Assembly: GCA_000004985.1 (NCBI GenBank)
Contig: GG738919.1
DNA length: 64,000 nucleotides
Strand: one strand, 5' to 3'
Origin: Naegleria gruberi
Lineage: Eukaryota
Shown here: piece by piece, positions 22,659 through 31,421 of the stretch
Layout: each line of letters opens with the position of its first letter
Position numbering within the stretch: position 1 is the stretch's first letter
Notes under the pieces: generated by a model
Databases searched by the model: none
Told to the model about the DNA's origin: nothing
What the model saw: the letters and a program-made list of their open reading frames with translations, nothing else
Position numbers and translations under genes: made by a program

Positions 22659-24941
22659 TTATTTATTGTTGATCCAAAACATTACAGTAAGAAATAAGAT
22701 AAAAAATATCATTGAGAACCTAATTATATACCTCCTCAATACATGGTACAGTAAAATATTGAGATTAATAAGTGAGTAACGATAACCATCATGCATGTTG
22801 AGAATGGAGAAGAAGTATCTAGCCACGAGTTTTGTTTCTTTTCCACTTTCAAAAACGTTATTCAAAATGAAATGTAATATTGGGGCAATGATTTTCTTTT
22901 GCCATTTGAATAATTTTGAATATCCTCGTTGATTTCTAGAAGAATTACTATTGAGTTGAATGTCTGTGTATCTAATATCATCTGATGAAGACATGATCCA
23001 AGGAATGGTATACATGAAATAGAGCGAATTTTGGAAGTTCAGACAAAATTCATTGTCGAAAAAATTCGATACTTTTGATTTCCTGAGAGAATGGTATCGT
23101 TCCTTCAATTGTTCCCTGAGAATTAGAACTGATTCTAAGGCCATTGTAAGACCCTGGGCATAGACAGGGTTGAGAGATGCAACAGAATCGCCCAATGAGA
23201 TGAACCCTGATAGCCTGGTTTCTGTAATTTGGTTAGTATTATCATTGCCGTTCGAGTGTGCGACGTGGTGCTTCATGAATTTCTCATAATGTACAAAAAT
23301 ACTTCCTTCCTTTTCGAAAATTGGTGGTATTGAAAGAGGTACATCTTTCATTTGGCCTAAAAGATGGATAAGATCCTTCTCGAATGGAGTTCCTTTGGCA
23401 TAAATGTTAATGATTCGTTCCTTAGCATTTTCCAATGTCAATCCATCACAAAATTCTTGATTATTCTTCTTTTCCTCATCTGCTATGGTTATCAGGTTAA
23501 TCATGAATAGATTCTTCTCGAGTGGAATGCACAAAGCACCTTTTGTGAAGGGATAAATGAGAAGGTAGTAGAAGGCAAGAAATTCAGTTTCAGATCCATT
23601 ATGAGATGGATCATAGGACGACCTGGCCACTGTCAATGGAGATTGAACAATTCTCTTCTTTCCATCCTTTCCCAAAACAAATGGTAGTGAATCATGTGGT
23701 TTGTTATAATAATCGAAGGCCTCCTGCTTTGGTTCAAAGTAAAAACAATGATATCTGACCTTGTTGTTAATCCTAGATGAGGAGAGGAGGTGATGGTTGG
23801 TGGGTATTGATTCTACTTGTTTCTGGAGTGGAAGATCAAGCATTGCACATTCTAATCCTCTTAACAATTTCGAATACTCTGTTGAGGTTTGGAAACTTCC
23901 ACAATTTACCAGCAAGTCACATGGTATTGTTTCAAAATTATTGTTTTGATTGAGTACTGATGAGTTGTCTTCATCATTAGACGGCTGAACAATCACACCA
24001 TTCACCTTGATATCAGCACTCGATCCATTCTTATCCACAGAATAGGTAATCCCCTTTCCATTCGAAACAACTTGATAGCCATCCATAACTCGTAAATTTT
24101 TCATTCCCTTCAGAATAAACTCTCTAATTGATGTTTCCCACATTCCTCTCGATACTATTGTCACATCTTCAACAGATGACTCCTTGGTGGAAGCTTGTGC
24201 AAGAGCTGGTCCATTTTCTTGGCCAGTTCCATAAATTATTTTCAAATCTCTAGTAGAGTCGATATAATTTTTAATGACAAACTCAATTTCTCCTTCTTTG
24301 GTACTGTATCCGTCCAATTCTATTGATTTCTTCCTAATATATTGAATAATACCAGGAAACAGCTTTTCCAAAATAACCTGACCTCTATTGACCAAGATAT
24401 GTGGCAGGTAGCCATGACGATGTTTGACCACTGACTCTCCTTCATTATATTTTGTCCTCTCTACAATAACAACTTCTTTAAAAAAAGGAGCAAGACAACT
24501 GGCAGTCAATAATCCAGAAATTGAGCCTCCAATAATGACAGCTCTTTCTCCCACAACAGTGTCAATCGTTCTTTCACTGATCATTGGTAAATTCTGAACT
24601 GCTGGATACGTTTCTTCATTCACTATAAAAGGTTGAATTTGATCGGAAGCCAACTGACAATCCATACACAGTTTTTTTAGCCTAAACATTTTCGTTATTA
24701 TTTTTGCTAGTCCAAATATCCAGGCTAGTACTACAATAATGGTCATGATGAACATGCCACATTGATAAAAAGTAATATTGTCTTGTGAAGTGATGATGGT
24801 AGTGGTTGCAGTTGTTGTTGTTGTTGTTGTGGTGGTGATTGGTTGATGATAGGAAAAATCTAGAATTTTGTCCATTGCTTTCTGTTTTGCATAAATTTGT
24901 CTGTTGCCGTTGTTGATAAGAAGTGGAAGAATGGATTGCAA
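22659..24941 (-). CDS. FAD-dependent monooxygenase/oxidoreductase-like membrane protein (760 aa)
   Basis: It has a Rossmann dinucleotide-binding motif (AVIIGGSISGLLTASCLAP...VIVER) and the second FAD-monooxygenase motif (GFISLGDSVASLNPVYAQGLTMALES). There is a poly-Thr tract and N-terminal TM helix, and C-terminal TM helices. Confidence 0.55.
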   Translation of the reverse strand: MQSILPLLINNGNRQIYAKQKAMDKILDFSYHQPITTTTTTTTTATTTIITSQDNITFYQCGMFIMTIIVVLAWIFGLAKIITKMFRLKKLCMDCQLASDQIQPFIVNEETYPAVQNLPMISERTIDTVVGERAVIIGGSISGLLTASCLAPFFKEVVIVERTKYNEGESVVKHRHGYLPHILVNRGQVILEKLFPGIIQYIRKKSIELDGYSTKEGEIEFVIKNYIDSTRDLKIIYGTGQENGPALAQASTKESSVEDVTIVSRGMWETSIREFILKGMKNLRVMDGYQVVSNGKGITYSVDKNGSSADIKVNGVIVQPSNDEDNSSVLNQNNNFETIPCDLLVNCGSFQTSTEYSKLLRGLECAMLDLPLQKQVESIPTNHHLLSSSRINNKVRYHCFYFEPKQEAFDYYNKPHDSLPFVLGKDGKKRIVQSPLTVARSSYDPSHNGSETEFLAFYYLLIYPFTKGALCIPLEKNLFMINLITIADEEKKNNQEFCDGLTLENAKERIINIYAKGTPFEKDLIHLLGQMKDVPLSIPPIFEKEGSIFVHYEKFMKHHVAHSNGNDNTNQITETRLSGFISLGDSVASLNPVYAQGLTMALESVLILREQLKERYHSLRKSKVSNFFDNEFCLNFQNSLYFMYTIPWIMSSSDDIRYTDIQLNSNSSRNQRGYSKLFKWQKKIIAPILHFILNNVFESGKETKLVARYFFSILNMHDGYRYSLINLNILLYHVLRRYIIRFSMIFFILFLTVMFWINNK

Positions 24942-25322
24942 TCTATTGGGTCAGTTTTGTGTGTTGATAACAAGGAACCAAGTCAGTTGTCACTGTGCAA
25001 TGGTGGAATTTTGGTTTTTTTTTGATATTTAGCGAGGGGACTCTTTGAATCAATTGATCATACAACAAGACACAGTTGTGAGGCGAATTATTTACTGCAT
25101 CATCATAATCGGGATAATCTGAGGGCAGAAAAAAGGAATAATAGGAATGATGAATTTTTTTTAAAAAATCTTAATAATTGATGAGGGCGTTTGATCGGGT
25201 TGATGATGAAATTGAGGCAAAATTCTTGTGATAAATTTTAGAGTTTTATATATGAAGTTTTATCCATATATTGTTACATATATTGGTATTAGTACAATTT
25301 TTGAACAAGGGAATGATGATGA

Positions 25323-25724
25323 TTATTTCTTTTCATCTTTTTTCTTTTCATCCTTTTCCTTGTGTTTCTTGTCTTCATGATCGTCCTTGTGTTTGGCTTC
25401 CTTTTCCTTGAGCTTCTTTTCTTCTTTAAGCTTCTTTTCCTCGTCCTTGTGCTTTTTATCTTCTTCATCCTTATGATTCTTGTCTTCCTTAGGCTTCTTT
25501 TCTTCTTCATCCTTGTGCTTGGCTTCCTTTTCCTTTAATTTCTTTTCCTCTTTGAGCTTTTTCTCTTCATCTTTGTGTTTCTTCTCTTCTTCTTCGAGAT
25601 GTTTCTTGTCTTCCTTTTCTTTCAATTTCTTTTCTTCCTTAAGCTTCTTTTCTTCATCCTTGTGTTTTTTATCATCTTCGTCCTTGTGCTTCTTCTCTTC
25701 CTTGTGTTTGATTTCTGTTGTCAT
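25323..25724 (-). CDS. Lys/Glu-rich tandem-repeat protein (133 aa)
   Basis: The protein is built of imperfect repeats such as KHKDEEKKLKEEKKLKEKEAKHKDEEE. Codon usage is consistent (aag/gaa). The overlapping plus-strand ORFs are antisense artefacts of the repeat. Confidence 0.4.
   Translation of the reverse strand: MTTEIKHKEEKKHKDEDDKKHKDEEKKLKEEKKLKEKEDKKHLEEEEKKHKDEEKKLKEEKKLKEKEAKHKDEEEKKPKEDKNHKDEEDKKHKDEEKKLKEEKKLKEKEAKHKDDHEDKKHKEKDEKKKDEKK
25330..25720. repeat. Imperfect tandem DNA repeat (units about 90-120 nt) encoding the K/E-rich protein
   Basis: The blocks cttccttttcctt(g/t)a(g/a)(c/t)ttcttttc and ttcttttcctc recur at roughly 25391, 25511 and 25604. Confidence 0.5.
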
Positions 25725-26263
25725 CTTGATTTGTTTTTTTGTATTTGTTTGATCGAGAATTGTAACCTTTGATCAACCCTTTTAAATCCCTGAATATTCA
25801 ATGAACCTTTATGAACATCTTATTTGGATCGCTCCCATCTAACTTCATAGTAAATGATCTGTAAATTTTAAGGAAGAAAAACTGCTTTTTGAAGCTTGGC
25901 AAGTGTTGATGAATCAGATACTGGTGATTGTAATGCTTAATGTTAACAGGAAAGGTTGGATTTGATTGGGTATATTCTTGGATTGAATTTGATCAAATGA
26001 GAGGTTACTATATTGAAATAATTCATATTTGGAAATATTCTTAATTAAATTTTAACTATAATTCGACTCCATACTTTAAATGATAGTCGAAACATTCCAA
26101 ACCACAAACAAGGAAATATCACATTGACAGGGTATTGCACCTCAATACTTTCTCGAAACTTCTTCTAGACTGTTCAGATATCCTGAGCCGTTTCATCGTT
26201 CACTCATCATTAAAAGCCAAAGCTCTGTCAATAAAGGTTGCAGAGTTGAGTGTGAGTTGTAGG

Positions 26264-27811
26264 TCACTTCTTTAATTTTTTGAAGGAATTTTCCATACTT
26301 TGTGATTCTGTTTGGGAACAACTTCTTTTCTTGAGCATTTTTTCGTAAGATTCGGAAGTTGTATAATAATATTTGGAGATTGGTTTCGGACCATATTGTA
26401 CATATTCATTTTCTGATATTTCCAATATTTTCAAGCAATCTTCTGCTAGTGGTCTATCCTTAATGTCTTTTTGAGTCATTTTTGTAATGAGATCTATGAT
26501 AATTGGATAGTTTGTCAAGGATTGTAAAGAACTAACAGTAGAATTATGTGTGCTCAAAATCTGAATAAAAACAAGGCCCAATGAGTAAACGTCTGACTTT
26601 GGTGTTATTCCTCTGAGTGCACTTCCTTTTTCAGGTGGATTGAAGCTGCTGGTTCCTGAAGAAGATGTTAAGACTCTTCCATCATCAAAGCATTGCTCAT
26701 TTGCAGTGTCATATTTGTCAAATGTTTTGGAGGCTTCAAAATCAATAAAGTATGGATAATTATCATATACAACTATATTGTCTGGTTTGATATCATTATG
26801 GATGCGACCAAGACGAACTGCTGAATGCTTGTGAAGTTTGTAAAGTTGAACAAGTAATTGGGCCATTAGGAGTTTCTTATCATGTGCATGATTTAGAATG
26901 TATTCAGGTAATGGAATACCTTTCAATGTAACATCTGATTGTGTAAATGGTGTGAGTGATCCATTTACATAAAATCCTTGGCTATTCAATGTTAATGGAG
27001 TACGGCAGTTGTTACAAGCAATGTTGTTGTAAATTTTAACAATACACTTATGATTGGTATCAGCAAGTGTACCCTCATACATTGGTTTGTCTCTAGTGTT
27101 ATCTATCTGTTTTTCAATGATTACTGCAAAACCTTTATCTGTAGTATCGTCATTAAATATATCATTTTTACAATAGATTATATCTCCAACACTGAGGCTC
27201 TTTGTAATTTGTCCTTTTTTAGGGCTAAGGATAGTGGAATTCTCAGATTTCTTGCTTTTTTGCTCCATTAGATAGAAATATACACGTTTTGTGATTTGCA
27301 AAGCCATATAGGCGCTAGTCATTAGAAAATTACAAAGCTCAATTCTATGCTTGGTTGAGTTTAGATTGTAAACACCTGAAAGATACAAATTATAATCTGA
27401 ATATATCACATCATTATCTTTGACAGTCATTCGATATAAATTTGGTTTCATAGTTAGCGCAATAACTCTCTCCTTGCTGGTGAGAATTGCATGGCAACAA
27501 ATCGAGTTGTGAAAATTGTAAATGTCCTTTACCATACTAGCCCTTGTTAGTTGGGAAAGTATGAGTCTCATTTGTGCTACTACCTTGAGAAAGTCTTGAG
27601 GTCCAGAAGATGAATCCTCTTCTGGTTTGTTTTCTTCTAGAAATGTAAACATGAAAAATTTGGATTTTGAGATAAATGAAATAGTTTCGTCATTGTCTGT
27701 TTCGCTGTTGATGGGATACCAATGTTCCTTCCAAAATCCAGCAAAACTATCAAGTCTTGTAGATGAATGAAGCAATTCATGAAACTCTGTCCTAAATGGT
27801 TCATATGCCAT
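26264..27811 (-). CDS. Divergent protein kinase-domain protein (515 aa) with an N-terminal region of unknown function
   Basis: The C-terminal half has kinase subdomains: HKCIVKIYNN (beta3 Lys), RIHNDIKPDNIVV (HRD-like, Asp kept), FIDFEASK (DFG replaced by DFE), GTSSFNPPE (APE-like) and SDVYSLGLVFIQIL. Confidence 0.6.
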   Translation of the reverse strand: MAYEPFRTEFHELLHSSTRLDSFAGFWKEHWYPINSETDNDETISFISKSKFFMFTFLEENKPEEDSSSGPQDFLKVVAQMRLILSQLTRASMVKDIYNFHNSICCHAILTSKERVIALTMKPNLYRMTVKDNDVIYSDYNLYLSGVYNLNSTKHRIELCNFLMTSAYMALQITKRVYFYLMEQKSKKSENSTILSPKKGQITKSLSVGDIIYCKNDIFNDDTTDKGFAVIIEKQIDNTRDKPMYEGTLADTNHKCIVKIYNNIACNNCRTPLTLNSQGFYVNGSLTPFTQSDVTLKGIPLPEYILNHAHDKKLLMAQLLVQLYKLHKHSAVRLGRIHNDIKPDNIVVYDNYPYFIDFEASKTFDKYDTANEQCFDDGRVLTSSSGTSSFNPPEKGSALRGITPKSDVYSLGLVFIQILSTHNSTVSSLQSLTNYPIIIDLITKMTQKDIKDRPLAEDCLKILEISENEYVQYGPKPISKYYYTTSESYEKMLKKRSCSQTESQSMENSFKKLKK

Positions 27812-27861
27812 ATTTATGCAGTCCTTAATTGCATTGTCTCTGTATTATTAAGCAAATTAAA

Positions 27862-28408
27862 TTAACCTAATACGCACTTGTTCATACAGAAAAATGGAAA
27901 TACTGAGAGAGATTGTAACAGAGACTTTGAATTCCTTGTTGCAAGAAATAACTCGGTCTTATTAACATCGTCCTTCGCTAAAAAAGAATGTATGGCCACA
28001 GCAACCTCAATTGGCTCTGATTCCTTTAATCCAAGAATTTTAGTTAATTCATCAATTACTGATTCCAAGACTGAAAGGTTTTTTGCATTGAGAAATTGAT
28101 TCTAGTAAATATTTAAAGTTGGGTAGGAGAATATTTTCTTCCTTGAGAAGTATTTCCTCTTCTTTCCAATCAAAGAATGAATCACAAAGGAACACTCCTA
28201 ACTCTGCTGTCGCACTCAATTTTGTCTTGAAAGTCTCACAGCTTGATATATTGTCCCAAAGAGTAGGATGAGGAAATACTTCTCGTGTTTGTGGATGAAG
28301 GGAATTAAAAATCATCAAAAATTTCTCATCAAATGAAGACATTTTTTTATAATTATTTGGATTTGAAAATGGCGGGCTATCCTTAATTAATTTTATAATT
28401 GAAAACAA
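27862..28408 (-). CDS. Two adjacent small ORFs (28052..28408 and 27862..28068). They may be upstream exons of the kinase-like gene or a separate small gene. Structure unresolved.
   Basis: The ORFs are open and co-oriented immediately 5' of the 26264..27811 gene. Candidate GTATTT/GTAATT donors and AG acceptors exist, but I could not build a convincing in-frame model by eye. Confidence 0.2.
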
Positions 28409-28582
28409 TTAAGGGTGGTTCATTATCTGACGTTGTTGCACAGTTTCAACAAATGGAAATACATTATTATCTAACTTTCGAATACACATCAGAAAAGAAT
28501 ATGATTTTAATGGACCAAGTTTAAAAATTAATTATAGGATACAGATTTAGAGATATTGGGCTTTGTCAATTCTACGTCTTGC

Positions 28583-29593
28583 TTATATAAAACAATTCGT
28601 TGGAAGTGAACTGGCAGTTTTGGGTGTTTCATTGAGTAGCACTCTATGTGTTATATCTTTCAAATCCTTAAAGTAGGTAAATTGTAATTGAAAAAACCAA
28701 AAGGGAACAAAAACATGCTTCTTATTATCCATATCGACTTCCACAACTAATAATTTTCCAAATTCATGAAATGCTTTCCTTACAACCTCTCTTGGATTTA
28801 TCTTCTTCAATTCATAATTGGTTATTTGTCGATGAGGATGCAGACCAATCATTATTCCCATGGTTTCCAATTTCTCCTGTTTAATCAAATGATACCAATC
28901 TCCTAATTTCTCAAAGGTACATTCGTAATTGATTCCAAATGAAAGTAGAAATGACATGTTGTGTCTTATGAGTCCTCTAATAAATGTTTCTTTGGTTTGA
29001 TATCGTGGATCAAGATCAAACAGTACTTGAACTAGGCTAGATTCGTTTGAAATTGTAAATTCCTTCTTAATAGCTTCACTCTTCCAGAGACTTGTATTTT
29101 CATAATGACCAAACTGGACATGATTGAAAAATGTTGATTTTCCAATTGAATGCTCTCCAATAGGTGTATATTTAATGAGATATTCAACATTTTTCTCCTC
29201 TTTTTTACTCCAACTAAATACCGAGCGATAGAATCTCAACAATTTCAATTGTGGTTCATCTATTATCTTTTCAAATTCAGAAATTTTCATCTTTTCTGGA
29301 TTTGTATTTTCCAATTTAAATGCCAATTTCAATAAATATAAATTAACAAAATATCGACAATTTCCCAATAGGGGAATATTTTCATCCGATAATTCATTCT
29401 TCAAATCATCACGATCAGAAAATAAAATTCTAATATTCAATGATTCATTAAAACAATAATCGGAAATATTATCAAAAGAAACCACACATTTTTCAATCAG
29501 AGAATAAATTGTCCGATTAATAGTTAAAAGAGAGGCCAATACATCAATCGGTTCTAGAAATTGAATAATCTCTGTCCAATTATCTTGATTCAT
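28583..29593 (-). CDS. F-box-like domain protein (336 aa)
   Basis: The N-terminus (WTEIIQFLEPIDVLASLLTINRTIYSLI) fits the F-box pattern L..EI...IL.FL...DL..L..V.K.W..L. The rest is unrecognised. Confidence 0.45.
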   Translation of the reverse strand: MNQDNWTEIIQFLEPIDVLASLLTINRTIYSLIEKCVVSFDNISDYCFNESLNIRILFSDRDDLKNELSDENIPLLGNCRYFVNLYLLKLAFKLENTNPEKMKISEFEKIIDEPQLKLLRFYRSVFSWSKKEEKNVEYLIKYTPIGEHSIGKSTFFNHVQFGHYENTSLWKSEAIKKEFTISNESSLVQVLFDLDPRYQTKETFIRGLIRHNMSFLLSFGINYECTFEKLGDWYHLIKQEKLETMGIMIGLHPHRQITNYELKKINPREVVRKAFHEFGKLLVVEVDMDNKKHVFVPFWFFQLQFTYFKDLKDITHRVLLNETPKTASSLPTNCFI

Positions 29594-30020
29594 TTTTTTT
29601 AATTAGAAATAATTTATCAACTTGAAGAAATCAACACCACAGTCGCGAATGATGGAATTTATTGAAAGTCATGATTCAAAATACAGCTGAAATGGGAAAT
29701 TATTCGAATGTAAATTTGTCTCCAATTTAAATTAATAAAAACTAAAATTGCGAATTGTTGCCATCAATCCAAACCAACTCATCCAATAAAGTTCTACTCT
29801 CACAGTATCTAAAGTCAACAAGGGACAACAAGATAATCAAACAGATTTCATCAGTAATTTTTGTGACATGCTCTCCAAATAATTGCATTTTCACAGAGGT
29901 AAACTCTTTTAACATCACACTTAATGATCCATCACCATTCAACAACTCATTTGAATTAACAGTCAACCTCCAATAGCCAGTTCCGTCTAAATTGGTTCAA
30001 AAAATTCTCATTATTATTAA

Positions 30021-30761
30021 TTACTTACTTTCATTCTCTGAAGAAAAAAATGTGAATACATTAGAAGCAATATTAAATACTCCATCATATGCATAAAATC
30101 GAGGGTAGGAATCTACCTCTTCTCTTACATTCCAAGAAGTATATTCAACTTTTTGATAAACACATTTGGAAATTATTTCACAAACTTCCTCTCCACACTG
30201 AAATAAAAAGTATTCATTCATTAATCGGCTCCACATCCTCTTAATGCCATCAGTTTCCTTAATGGCGTTGGTTTTGAGTGTAGAGGATTTCTTTGATTGA
30301 TCAATTTTTGTCTCAATTTCAACAGTTAACCATTTTTCAAATGCATATTCCCTACTTTCTTGTATAAAATTTTCTCTACCATAAGTAGAAGTCAAACGGA
30401 ATGCTTTTGTAATTTGTGTAGTTGAGCATGTTTCTAATTCCTCATTTTCACTATTTAATTCATCATTCTCACTATTTAATTCATCAAACTTCCTCTTGTA
30501 TTCTTTTAAAATGTTTTGATCTTTTGGTTTTTGAAAAGATTGTTTCTTTTTTAAAGCCTTCATTCTCCTACAATTTATATTTCCTAATTTTCTAATATCG
30601 GAGGAAACCTTTAATGCTAGTACTAATGGATTTGATTCAAGTAGTTCCTCTCTTAAAACTTTACAACAGGATGAAAAACTAATAACATCTTTTGCAGAGT
30701 TTCCCATATAAAATATAATGTGATCCAAAACCTCGGTTGGCAATTGATGAAGTTGGTTCAT
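30021..30761 (-). CDS. F-box protein (about 246 aa from the ATG at 30761)
   Basis: MNQLHQLPTEVLDHIIFYMGNSAKDVISFSSCCKVLREEL is a clear F-box. The first ATG of the longer track ORF (30809) is an alternative-start artefact, so I used the ATG at 30761. Confidence 0.5.
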   Translation of the reverse strand: MNQLHQLPTEVLDHIIFYMGNSAKDVISFSSCCKVLREELLESNPLVLALKVSSDIRKLGNINCRRMKALKKKQSFQKPKDQNILKEYKRKFDELNSENDELNSENEELETCSTTQITKAFRLTSTYGRENFIQESREYAFEKWLTVEIETKIDQSKKSSTLKTNAIKETDGIKRMWSRLMNEYFLFQCGEEVCEIISKCVYQKVEYTSWNVREEVDSYPRFYAYDGVFNIASNVFTFFSSENESK

Positions 30762-30942
30762 TTTTTTTGTTTTGATCCAGTTCACACAAGAAACCAATCG
30801 AAAACCCACACTTTGTACTGTCTATCCACATACCAGTGTGATACGAATTCTAAATTTATTGTAATGTTTATCTAGATCAACATCTGAAGACCAGAGGCTT
30901 CAATGTTTTTCATAAGAAGACCATATTTATCGTGAATGAGAA

Positions 30943-31015
30943 GCCCGTCTAGCTCAGTCGGTAGAGCGCAAGGCTCTTAACCTTGTGGTCGTGGGTTCGA
31001 CCCCCACGGTGGGCG
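30943..31015 (+). tRNA. tRNA-Lys (anticodon CUU), 73 nt
   Basis: gcccgtc / tagctcagtcggtagagc / gcaaggctCTTaaccttgt / ggtcgtgggttcgacccccac / ggtgggc gives a cloverleaf with a 7-bp acceptor stem (two G-U pairs), a canonical D-arm, an anticodon stem-loop with CTT, and a T-arm GTGGG-TTCGACC-CCCAC. It is very close to the eukaryotic cytoplasmic tRNA-Lys-CUU consensus. Confidence 0.9.
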
Positions 31016-31144
31016 ATTGATATTTTTAACATGGGCATGAATCAATTTTTATGGATTTTGTTGGAAGAATCAGAATTTTAGTTTATTCTTCAGCAAATGT
31101 TATTACTTTACAAGGATGGTTTAACGATTGGCTTTGTTGGCTTC

Positions 31145-31378
31145 TTACATGTCTTTCTCTTGATACAAATCTTCTTCTTGATTGACTTGCAAATTTTTCT
31201 TTCCACCAACTAATTTGAATTTCTTACAAATCTTCTTACCCTTTGAACGTTTCAAACACTTCTTATAATACTTCTTCTTGATACATCTTGGTGGAATAAT
31301 AATTGTCTTAGCACAATACTTCTTCTTTTGATATTTGACACATTTGGAAATAGTCTTCTTTGCTGAGCTTTTCTTTCA
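31145..31378 (-). CDS. Small Lys/Cys-rich protein (77 aa). This ORF is not in the supplied track.
   Basis: I translated the minus strand by hand: ATG at 31378, MKEKLSKEDYFQMCQISKEEYCAKTIIIPPRCIKKKYYKKCLKRSKGKKICKKFKLVGGKKNLQVNQEEDLYQEKDM, TAA at 31145-31147. It is 234 nt, has an A-rich context before the ATG, and uses AAG-biased Lys codons like neighbouring genes. Identity unknown. Confidence 0.35.
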
Positions 31379-31421
31379 TTTTGTTGCAAAGAAGGAAAAA
31401 GCATTTGAGACGAATTAGAAC

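Noticed and set aside
25480-25772. Plus-strand S/F/L-rich ORFs (25480..25752 and 25575..25772)
   Set aside because: They are antisense readings of the K/E-rich tandem repeat; AAG/GAA repeats read as CTT/TTC on the other strand. This is not independent coding evidence.
30810-31420. TRE-type tRNA-targeted retrotransposon or other mobile element flanking the tRNA-Lys gene
   Set aside because: The flanks are short (133 bp upstream, about 400 bp downstream) and contain only a small Lys/Cys-rich ORF. There is no RT/endonuclease ORF, no poly(A) tail remnant and no terminal repeats.
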